This document shows, in pieces, positions 1 to 9,853 of a stretch of 28,603 nucleotides of DNA. A program made the translations under genes and the position numbers. Source of the DNA: Vitrella brassicaformis CCMP3155 (taxonomy: Eukaryota > Protista > Chromerida). The DNA lies in the NCBI GenBank assembly GCA_001179505.1, contig CDMY01000705.1:1-28603 (forward strand), read 5' to 3'. Under the pieces are notes generated by a model. That model saw only the letters and a list, made by a program, of their open reading frames with translations, ran no database searches and had not been told where the DNA came from. Each line of letters begins with the position of its first letter. The first letter of the stretch is position 1.

Positions 1-291
1 CTCCCAGTGTGTGCCTACGTATCCGCCACAAGGTCCGTCCCCTCGCCGATCACATACTGAGGCAGACAGCATATGCATTTGACCCGCACATCAGTCAGGG
101 GAACACGGGACTCTCTCTCAGAGCGGACGGCACGAAAGTGTATGTGTGGCTGGCTACCTCTCTCTCTCTCTCGGTTGGCTGAGATCAGTTGGTCGTCTGG
201 TGTGTTTGGCTGTGCGTATGGGTGGCTGGCATGCTTCGCGTGTAGGTTTGACCGTTGCCAGAGAGAGGACATCCGCACCATGACACTTTTG

Positions 292-1752
292 TAACATGGC
301 CTCCTTGATGTGTTGGGGCAGGAAAGTGGGAATGTCAGGGATCTGACAGAGGGGAGAAAGAGAGAGAGGGATAGTTATCTCGGGTGTCAGGAAAAGGACA
401 GTCACCTTTCCCTGCACGACAACCGCAGTGATGATCTGCACGTGGACCTTGCCCTCGAAGGGAGGCCGGCCTGAACACCACAGCACTAGAATACGCTGCG
501 CAGATTGTGCGGACCTGCTGACCTCCAAACAGCTCAGCCAGTACTGAAGCACAGAAGCGCACAGTATTGAATAGCGAGAGGTTATGCATCAGTGTCTGGC
601 GACAGGTCTGCTTACTTCCTCCCAGGGCCCAGATGTCATCCTTCTCAGAGAGCTTCTCCACTGAAACACAGACAGACAGACAGACAGACAGAGAGACAGT
701 GAAGATCGCCGACAAATTCGATTCTCACACTTACACTCATCCTTCAGAGACTCGGGGGACATATAGTTGGGCGTGCCCCCTCCTGCAGCGCACTCATGAT
801 TGTGGTCAATTCAGCCTCTCAGCGGTTCTGTGCCTGTCTTCGTGTACCTCCGGCGACTGTAGTTGTCCTCTGGATGCTGCGCGTCATACCGAAGTCAGAT
901 ATCTTGATGGTCAAATCCTGACCCAACTGAACACGGAAGGGAGAGACGAAGCAGCAAGAAGACGCCCATAGAGAGCGGCAAAGAACACTGTGTCCTCACC
1001 AGAAGGTTTCCAGGCTTCAGGTCCCTGTGCATGATGCCATGATTGTGAAGATACTGCAGGCCCTCACATATCTGACAAAGACAGACACAGACGACAGGCG
1101 GCGGCCGGCGGCGGTCGGCGTCTCCCGTTCGTCCGCTCTGCTGCACCTCTCTGATGGACTTGTCGCGGACGTTCGGCTTCAGCGGTCGATTCTTGGCCAG
1201 GTATTTCTCCAGTGACCCGCCCTCACACAACTTTGATCCACAAAGACAGGCACCTAAGATGCCCATTGATGAAGTCCGAAAGAGGCCGACCTGTGACGAT
1301 CACGAGGCCGTATTTCCTGTGTGTGCAGACGCCCAGAAACTCAACTATGTTGGAGTGGCGCAGGTGCTGCATCTCCTGAGCCTCGGCCAGAATATCTTCC
1401 ATCGCCCCAGCCATCAGGTCCTAGACGCCACACCAATGCAGACAGCACACAATGCAGCCACGGGGGTTCAGCCGCTCACCTCATCGTCGACGTCTTCCCC
1501 TCTGTCCCTAAGGCGGTCGACATTCATGATCTTGACCGCCACGGGCCGCCTCTTCCACAGCCCCTTGTAGACCACCCCGAAGCCCCCGCTCCCTACATGA
1601 TCATGAGTCATGACAACACAGCACACAACAAGACGTCGGGAGGGGGGGTGCAATCGGGCCATCTGGCGGCTGTTGCGCCGACCGAGGGGCTTGTCATTCT
1701 CATTGAATTTCAGGTCCCTCGCCCTGATCAACAAACGGGGGTTGGCGGCCAT
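292..1752 (-). CDS. TKL-type Ser/Thr protein kinase (K1), multi-exon, 3' end unresolved, possibly pseudogenised
   Basis: Exons 1752-1683, 1592-1480, 1420-1291, 1232-1147, 1071-1000, 926-848, 782-735, 660-616, 543-523, 470-406, 342-~292. They encode GSGGFGVVYKG, VAVK, HRDLKPGN, DFG, YMSPE, DIWALG and PPFEG. The acceptor before the 1232 exon reads AA rather than AG. Exon sizes (86, 72, 79, 65 nt) match the paralog at 20588-21987. Confidence 0.85.
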
Positions 1753-2298
1753 CCAAAACACCCAATTGTGAAGGCCGCGTTGGGTGCCGATGGCCCCTGT
1801 TCAATCAAGCCAGGGGCTCAGCCACTCGAGAAAAGGGCCAGGAGAGGCCGATTGGGGGGCGGGACGCCGGGACGAGACCCAAGCAACAGGGGAATCGTCG
1901 GATTTTGCAAGCTTTCAAGCGATCCTCCGGTTCAGGCCTTCTCTCGCCGTGACGAGAAGGGTCTGAGGGCGAGGGATCCCCAGTAGGCCCGCCACCAAAG
2001 ATGTTTCGCAGGAGATGAATGAAAATGACCCGTTGCCTGTCTGCCTTTCCGCTCGCGTCAGACTCTGCCTGTGTCACCTGCAGGAGTAAGTGCCGAGTGG
2101 AATGTAGGAATGTAGTGGAATGCCTGAGGGCCCTGAGACGGCCAACTACGTGAATGGCAGCCGGTCACTATACTTTCGAGTGCAGAATGGTAGTCTGATC
2201 TGCGTGCGTGTGGTGAGCCCGCCTGTATGAGTGTGTGCTCTGTCCTAGTGGCCAGTGCCCATCTTTCGCGAATACGGGCGTGGGTGCATACCCTTAAG

Positions 2299-2657
2299 GG
2301 CAAGCGTCTTGGTGGTCGAAAACTGGCTGCGAGCCACGAAAACCGACCTCTGAGCCCAAAACCAGCTTTGCACAGTGCAAAACCGGTTTTGCGACAGAGA
2401 AAACCGGTTTGCAATAGAGAAAACCGGTTTTGCTTGTTTTCAAAGCCCGGTTTTCCCTGTTTGAGTGCCGGTTTTCGAGCCACACTTTTGTGGAGACATC
2501 TATTTCCGGTTTTGCTTGTTTTCAAAGCCCGGTTTTCTCTATCGCAAACCGGTTTTCTCTGTCGCAAAACCGGTTTTGCACTGTGCAAAGCTGGTTTTGG
2601 GCTCAAAGGTCGGTTTTCGTGGCTCGCAGCCAGTTTTCGACCACCAAGACGCTTGCC
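2299..2657. mobile_element. Non-autonomous foldback/MITE-like element with 129-bp terminal inverted repeats
   Basis: 2299-2427 is the reverse complement of 2529-2657 with 2 mismatches. Termini are GGCAAGC...GCTTGCC. The arms are built from ~19-21 bp AAAAC-initiated subrepeats. A 32-bp direct repeat lies at 2424-2455 and 2506-2537. No clean target-site duplication is visible. Confidence 0.75.
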
Positions 2658-2918
2658 TTGTTGCAATTGTGTGCACTCTTCGTCTCGGCAGGAGTTGAGC
2701 GGTGTGCTCTCTTCATCCGCCTCCACACTATGCAAACGATCGGCGGCGGACACGTGGAGAAACATGCCAGAAACTCATGAAACTCATGAAGCTTATCACA
2801 CACATGGATGGATGGATGGATGGATGGATTGTGTGGGTTGCGTGCGTACGCGAGGATGAAACTGATTGGTGGGTGGCCACAGAGAGAGAGACGGACCACA
2901 CACGGACGCCATCTCTCC

Positions 2919-2959
<41 letters not shown>

Positions 2960-2966
2960 CATTCAG

Positions 2967-3359
2967 AACCACGAGGGCGTGTTAGGCCCCAACCGCTGTC
3001 ACCTCCCCCGCCTCGTGGGCATCCTCTCGCGCCTACCCCCAACACACACGTCTCTCTCTCTCTCTCTCTGTGTGTGTTTCGTTCTGCCAGGCCACGAGCA
3101 GCTGCACCAGTGGCAGCAGAGCGGCGCCTTCAAGCCAAAGGAGGCCGAGCGCATCGAGAAGGTCTGGAAGGACATAGCCGTCCAAAGCGCCAAACAGCAC
3201 CACCAAGCAGCCACAGCAGCTGCCCACACACCCTCCCCCACCGCACAGCAGACACTGCACCCGACGGCTCCCCACCTGCCGTCCCCCCACCCATCGCCCG
3301 AGGCCTCCCCGCTGCACCCCCAGCAGCAGACTTTCGGCGGCACACACGCAGCCGGATAA
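2967..3359 (+). pseudogene. Probable 3' fragment of an importin-5/karyopherin-beta3-like gene
   Basis: An exon after CAG at 2966 encodes NHEGVLGPNRCHLPRLVGILS, resembling from memory the importin-5 C-terminal NHPxxLGxNxxNLPxIxxI motif. The final exon 3091-3359 encodes HEQLHQWQQSGAFKPKEAERIEKVW plus a P/H/Q-rich tail. There is no room for the ~1000 upstream residues, and the phases do not join through a GT donor. Confidence 0.4.
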
Positions 3360-4108
3360 TGACACACACCGACAGCCAGCGTCATGGTGTGTGGATGCGT
3401 GTGTGGTGTGAGTGGTGGTCCCTTCCTCCAGTCGTCATTGCATGTAAACCGACGAGAAAAGGACAGTCGACTGATTGATTGGTGCATGAGCAAGACAGAC
3501 GTACAAAACGGGTGTTTTGTTTCGTTTCGTCTTCTCTCTCTCTGTGTTGTGTGTGTGTCTGTCTGAGTGTGAGTGTGAGTTTTAATGCGTGAATGACTGA
3601 ATGGGTGGCTGGATGGATGAGTGCGTTCGTCCGTGGCTTTTCTCTGTCTGTCTCTTTTTGTTGGAAGTCCATGCGTTGAGCACCATGCGTACCTTTAACT
3701 AAGTGTGTGCCCACAGTTGTTGATTCGACACATCCACTCGATAGAGACAGACAGGCAGACAGACAGACAGACGGACGACCACCAGCAGGACACCACACCC
3801 GACCAAAGGAGAGAGTGCACCAGACGCCCCCCTCACTCACTCAACACGCAGAGAGGCAGCCGCTGCCAGGGGGTGAGATCCGTGCCGAAGAAGACGAGGC
3901 ATTGTTTGTGTCAAAGGGTCCCTGCGCCTCTGTCCGCCCCGTCGGAGCTCAATTGACCGGTGAGCACATCAAAGAGCACTCAGCAAGTGGACCATCCAGT
4001 CGCACACAGACTTACCAAAGAGTACTCCCACACACAAACACAAGAGACACGAGGGCTTACACACTCCACACACGAAGAAATAAGACCACAGCCATCACCA
4101 CACAGTGA

Positions 4109-4180
4109 CTATCGCTTGTACTCCTTCATGATCTTTCTGATCTCCGGCTGTTTCTCCGCCAAGTCCCAGGCGTCCGCCCC
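4109..4180 (-). pseudogene. Orphan duplicate of the ankyrin-gene terminal exon
   Basis: Reads AWDLAEKQPEIRKIMKEYKR*, homologous to the terminal exons at 4268-4354 and 23647-23715. 23 bp at 4116-4138 are identical to 4281-4303. It lacks an AG acceptor and has a 1-nt deletion relative to GKTPW. Confidence 0.75.
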
Positions 4181-4267
4181 ATGGGGACATGGGGTCAAGG
4201 GGAGGAGGGGAAATTTTCTTGCCGGTATATTGGTCAGTAGTGCATGCGCACCAAGCCTAGACTAGTC

Positions 4268-5852
4268 CTATTTCTTGTTTTTGTACTCCTTCATGATCTT
4301 TCTAATGTTCGGCTTTTCCTTCGCCAATTCCCACGGGGTCTTCTCGCCCGACCACTGTTGTCATGGGATGAGATGAGCACATGACTTGACCCATCGATGG
4401 TGTGGATGTCTGTGTGCACTCACCTTGGTGGTTTTGATGTTGAGCAGAGCACCGCCGCCCCACTCGAGCCTTTGAGAATGACACACAGACAGAGAGAGTG
4501 GAGGAGACACTCGCGTCAGTCAGTCATCTGTGTGGCCCACAGCTGAGACACAGCTGCAGATTGGTTAGAGTATGCAGCCCAATGGAGTGCCGTCCAGCCC
4601 CTCTGTGTGTGTGTCATACAAACAGGCAAGGGCAATCAGACAGATGAGAGGCATTCTGTTTCTGTTTCGCCCGCATGAGGTCTCACATTGTCCTTCTCAG
4701 TGAGAAGCTCTTTCCCTCCTTTGGCATACAGAGCCTTCAGCGCACCGACATGACCACTGGAGGCAGCCAATATGAATGGCGTAGTGCCGCTCTGAATCCA
4801 CACACACACACACACACAGTTGGCACACACAGTTGGCACACAGTTGGCAATCAGACAGATGAGAGGCATTTTGTGTTTTTTCGCGGGTGAGGTCTCACAT
4901 TGTCCGTCTGTGTGAGAAGCTTCTCTCCTCCTTTGGCAAACAGGGCCTCCATCACCTTGACATGACCGTAGTAGGCAGCCAGCATGAATGACGTCTTGCC
5001 CCCCTGAATCAACAAACACACGCACAGTTGGCACACTGAGGTGTCAGAGACGTGTGTGTGCTCTGTCACCTTGTCGCGTGCATCGATCAGTTTGGGATCC
5101 CACTCCAGCAGCTGATCGACAGCCGCAAGACGGCCATTGCTGGCAGCGTGGTGCAGAGCATTGTCACGATTCTGCATTGCATCGCAGCCAACATACATCT
5201 TCCCTCACCACCACCAGCAGAACAAATCATTCTCGTCTGTGTCGGTACCTCGTCTGTTTGTTGCAGTACGTCAGGTTTTTTCTCATGGATGACCGACATG
5301 ACGTCCACGTGACCCTTCTCAGCAGCCACGAGGAAGGGCGTGTTCTGCGCGCATTAATGAGAAGACACAGCCAGACCACTGAGTCCACTTCTGTCATCTT
5401 CACGATTGCATACCTTGTACTGGCTCTCGTCTCGTTTGTCGAGTATGCTCTTGCCGTCTTTGTACCTGTCGCTGGCGATGAGCGCACGAACGGCCTCCAC
5501 ATCGCCGACCTCTGCAGCTTTGAAGATGTCATTCTGCAGACAACCAGCTCAAGAAGAGCGGCCCATTGACGTGTGGGACTCAGCTGCTGGTGTGTCCCTG
5601 ACGTGTTTGATCTGCGGCTGTGGGGCGCTCGGCGGTGTCTTTGCTAACGGCTGCTGGGTGGGGGACGCTGCACGACAAACAGATCATGTGCTAATGTGTC
5701 TCTCGCTGTGTGTGTGTGTGTCAGTGATCACCTTTAACGCTCTCGCCCGCCCCGCGGAAGAATCCCCAGCGGAACCGCGGCGGTGCCTGCAAGTCAGCTG
5801 CTGTCCCTCTTTGACTCCCAGACGAAGGAGAGATGCCCAACTTGTCGAGGAC
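4268..5852 (-). CDS. Ankyrin-repeat protein (ANK1), about 6 repeats; additional uncertain 5' exon(s) in 5956-6078
   Basis: In-frame exons 5852-5732, 5667-5603, 5533-5414, 5344-5249, 5171-5070, 5003-4899, 4791-4687, 4602-4541, 4469-4424, 4354-4268 (TAG). Ankyrin motifs: TPFLVAAEKGH, NALHHAASNGR, TSFMLAAYYGH, TPFILAASSGH, TALHWAAYSN. Confidence 0.88.
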
Positions 5853-5893
5853 CTGCCATGGGATGAGCAGCAAGGCGCAACCAAGAGATGAGC
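4310..5893 (-). repeat. Inverted paralogous segment of ~22128-23715 (exons and introns)
   Basis: 5721-5893 is the near-identical reverse complement of 22128-22300. Downstream introns and exons align through the last ankyrin exon. Homology stops inside an intron at ~5893/22128. Confidence 0.9.
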
Positions 5894-7204
5894 CTCCATC
5901 CCTTTGCTGTTCCTGCTCGTGTGTGTCTGCCGTGTGTGTGTAGCTTTCCCTCCACCTCGGAAGTAACTTGGAGTGTTTTGTCAGATTGTTCTTGGAATGT
6001 AACTTGGAACGTCTTGGCAGCGGGGAGAGTGAGGCAGAAACACACCACTCGGAGGGCCTTGAGAAGCGCCGTCGCCATCTGCAATGACACCGAAGCGCAC
6101 ACGCACATTGCATCCCGCATCACTTGCATGGCGCAGTACAGGGCGGCTATTGAAGTGCTCAGTGACACCGTCTCGAGAGCCCCAGTCACCTCAACTAGTG
6201 AGCCTCAGGGAGGATGTTCACGCGACGCAGGGCGGCAAGGATATAAGGCTCCTTTAAGACTTGAGGTGAGGACGGTCCGGCTGGACAAAAGGGATGCTTT
6301 GGATGATGTGCTGTGCTAAACTCAGAGACGGGCGGAGACGCCTCTTCTCTGATTTGCGCGCTTTTCCCTGGCCGCCCTCCTCCCTCATTCATTCATTCAT
6401 TCATTCGGCGTCCTCATGAACACACAGGGCATTCATTCGGACGAGACTAGCAGCACTGCAAGACACCTCGCAGCGACCAGGGCGGCTGGTCCGGCTCACC
6501 AAGGTTTCCCTTGGCTACTCCTGGCTTTCACATGCCCCGTATATTTTACAAGCGAGGGGGGAAAAAGTCGCCGGCGCCCTACTTGATACCCGCCGGGCTG
6601 CGAGCGGTGTGGCGTGTCAGGTTGGTGTCTATGGGGGTGCGTGCACGCGTCTCTCTGTGCTCTGTGTCCGTGTCGTGTCTGTGTCGTGTCATGTCGTGTC
6701 CCCGGTGGAGCCGCCCATACATACATACATAAATGTGTACACACGCATATAATACACATCGCACGCAGAGACGAACGTGTGTGAGTCGAATGAATGACGG
6801 TGTGTCTGCAATCCATCTACACGTGGTCATTGAAGGTGGTGTCGTGTCGTGGCGTGCAGTGACGTGTGGATGTCTGAAGAGACACGCAGGATTAGTTCAC
6901 GTGAAGCGTCTGTCTTTTTCCTCTCGTTGTGTACAGAATGTTCATGCTGTGTGCGCCTGTGTGTGCATGTGTCGGCTGGCTGCGTGCGGACCTATCTTGA
7001 ACTATCATAGACACACGTGCTCTCAATCTCACCAAGGAAGGTGTCATGTGCATGCCGCACCCATACTACTCATTAAGGAAAACCAGTAAGGCATTCGAAA
7101 TGTTTCAGCAGACAAAAGGCAGGTAGATGGGCTGGCAAGAACTAATTGCTCAAGGGGCGGGGCCTTGTCTGTCTGTCTGTCTGATCGACTGACTGATGTG
7201 TGTC

Positions 7205-7412
7205 TTACATACTGGTGTCCTCGATGACCTCCCGCATGACGGCGTCGATCTCGTCGATCGCCCCTTGCAGGAGCCTCTTGCAAGTCAGCCGGTACTCAAT
7301 AGCCACACGCATGTTGATGCCCAGCGACTTGTCCTCGCGCAGCCGCCTCTCGTCCTCCGCTATGCTCGTCCGCTTCCTCAAGGACAGCAGATGTCTGATG
7401 ACCCCCTGCACA

Positions 7413-7452
<40 letters not shown>

Positions 7453-9659
7453 ATGAGGCGACACTAGTCTGGTGTGTCTACACATGCGCCGATCGGTGTG
7501 TGGCGGTTCGTACCTTAACGCTTTTGAGTGCATCCAACTCGACCTGCTTGTCGGCCAACCGCCCCCTCCGGAGGTCACACAAGGCATCCAACTCGGCCCG
7601 ACAGAGACCCACCATCCGCTGAGGTCCCCTTCGTTGTGCTTCCTGTCTGGCTTCTCAGCTCGTCGATGGTCCTGGCAGAGAGAATGCGCATTGCGGCCAC
7701 GAAGCGGCCGTCCACAATGGGCGGCACTGTGCGTTCAGAGGACAACGGGGAAGAGGCCACAATGGACAGATGAATGGGTTACCGCCGCCGGATACCCACC
7801 TGCCTTTATCTTCATCAGGCGATCGCTGTCAGTCCCCAGCAGCCGTAACCTCTCCAACAGGTCAGCCTAGATAGTGAGATAGATACCGCACACATTCCAT
7901 CGAGAAACAATGACGGCAGCGCGCGTCGCGTACTCGCCATTCGCTGATCTCGAGCGCACCGTCCTCGCCTCCTGAGGCGGTGGGCGCGAAGGTGTCCCGG
8001 CCGGCCTGGATCAGGCGCTTGTCGAAGGAGAACGGCAGAAAGTCATGGGGGCCGCCCTCGGGCACAAACCCGTACCACGTCAGATAAAAGGACGATGGCA
8101 ACCTGATTGCATTCACACCAACAACAAAGGCCAACACACGGCACAGTGGGAGGGTGGATGGCAGGCATTCACGTCCCTCCTCTCTCTCTCTCTCTCTCTC
8201 TCTCGGTGTGTATGTGTGTGTGTGTGTGTGTGTGTCTTACTCTTGGCTCCTCGCAAAGCGACCGTAGTCGTAACGGAGGAATTCACCCGCCGAGATATCC
8301 CTTTTGACATACATAAAATGATACAGTATGGACGAAAGGCTTGAGGGGAGGATTGACAGATCGAAATGCATACCGGTTGGCAACCACGAGAACGGACCCC
8401 TCCGCATCCCATTCCAGCCGGCAGTTGGCGTCGAAGAAGAATTCGTGATTGATCATGTCAACCAGGGGCACCAAGCGAGCAGGGAACACCAATGCATCGA
8501 TGAATTGTTTACTGTCTGGAAATGACCTGACGCACAGACAGACATGAGGGTCGGTCTATCTCTCTGTCTGGCTGGCTGGCTGGCTGGCTGGGGGGAAGGG
8601 GGGGTCACTTACCTGGGAAGCCAGATAGACCGTGTGTAGGAAATAGCCAAGGCCCACCCCAAGAGGTTCGCGTCCACCTCCACCTCCCCACCACCACCAA
8701 CACCACCACCGTTGGCACCGGCGGCATCACTCTCGAAGAACATACGCTTTGTGGTCACATACCGGTGAGAGATCTTCTTGGCCAGCTGCATCAGGGACTT
8801 GGACACCGATCCGACATGCGCCCGTTGGCCGGTCTCCTCGAGCGCGGCGAGGCAGGCCGAGTTGAAGAACAGTGGGAGCCCGACAAAGGATGCCGGCAGG
8901 ACGTCGATGTAGGGTTGGAAGAAGGAGTTGCCCTTGATGCGCTCGGCGAGCACCACCAGCCCAAGCTGCAGCATGAACAGGTCGGGGGGCACTGAGCCGT
9001 CAACGGTTTCCGGCAGTTGAATGCCTGCATGTATTATTGCACACATCCATCCATCCATCCACCCACCCACCAGTCAATCAATCGAGACGAGAAAGACCGT
9101 GGGCACGCCGACTCTCTCTCTGTGTCTGTCTGTCTGTCTATCTGTCCATTGTACCTTTGAGCAACCATTCCATATCGTGTCGATAGGTGGCATTGACGTC
9201 CATGTGCAGCCTCCTCGGCACATAGAGCACCACCTCCCCCTCCCTCTTGTCCTTCAGACACTTCACCCCAAACCCCATACCCCTCTCCCTCTCACAGACC
9301 ACGTCGCTCGCCACACCGCCGTGCCGAGTGATCCAGCTCTGCAGTGCGTCGAAGCTCTTCTTCAGGGCTGGCACAGACACACTGGCCGTGGCCGGCGTGG
9401 CCATCATTGGTGGCGCCGGCTGATGATTCTTCCGCCTTCGTCTATTGTGCTGATGGAGGGGTGTGTGCTGATGGATGAATGACGCCGGCCGGATGGACGG
9501 CGCAAGAGGGCTGGCGGCGGCAGAAAGGCACGGCATCGCCAGGACGGTGCATAGCAGCGAGATGGGAGGGTGGGGCAGTGCTGACCTCCTCCTCTTTCGC
9601 TTTCCTGAGCCCCGGTGTTGCAGATCTTGATGCACACGGATGCGGATCGTTGATACCAT
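7205..9659 (-). CDS. SET-domain protein-lysine methyltransferase, Rubisco-LSMT/SETD3-like, probably plastid-targeted
   Basis: Exons ~9659-9155, 9024-8613, 8526-8374, 8300-8241, 8102-7934, 7866-7800, 7726-7514 (internal splice path ambiguous), 7405-7205. Motifs: WITRHGG...GFGV, SFFQPYIDVLP, LVPLVDMINH, RDISAGEFLRYDYG, LTWYGFV, and the C-terminal substrate-binding EDERRL...AIEYRL. The N-terminus is a hydrophobic stretch followed by ASF and a basic S/P-rich segment. The start codon is uncertain. Confidence 0.85.
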
Positions 9660-9853
9660 TAGATCTGCCTGGCAGGCTGAGTCTGTTCGCACCGCGTGCG
9701 CGAGCTAAGCTCCCACCAAAGCTCGCACAGGGCGCAAGGGGAAAAGGGAGCAATGAAGACGGCATACGACGCACGGTGCCGCGTCTGACGTTGTTGTTGC
9801 GAGATCTCTTCATTATCTGCAGCTGAAGCAAACGTGTATCGGCTGACCCGGGA
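9660..9853. promoter_or_regulatory. Putative bidirectional promoter between the SET and PES-like genes
   Basis: Divergent predicted start codons lie ~200 bp apart. No specific motif was identified, and the interval depends on the uncertain SET start. Confidence 0.45.

Noticed and set aside
1-291. Continuation of kinase K1 (subdomain XI, possible exon YVIGEGTDLVAD near 20-57)
   Set aside because: No phase-consistent splice path could be established; only an 11-bp match (ACAGCCAAACA) to the K2 exon.
2318-2640. Regularly spaced ~20-bp repeats resembling a CRISPR array or iterons
   Set aside because: The units are degenerate, have no unique spacers of CRISPR length, are arranged as inverted arms, and lie in a eukaryotic context with no cas genes.
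2058-2859. Two long opposite-strand ORFs sharing the peptide GKRLGGRKLAASHENRP...
   Set aside because: Mirror-image artefact of the 129-bp inverted repeat; no protein family features.
3380-4100. Exon-like segments with splice-site-like motifs on both strands
   Set aside because: No coherent reading frame or recognisable protein motif.
7514-7726. Apparent frameshift in the SET gene (frame changes between RTIDEL and VELDAL; 12-bp repeat CGAGTTGGATGC)
   Set aside because: Can be resolved by a short (37-43 nt) intron in more than one way, so it is not evidence of pseudogenisation without RNA data.
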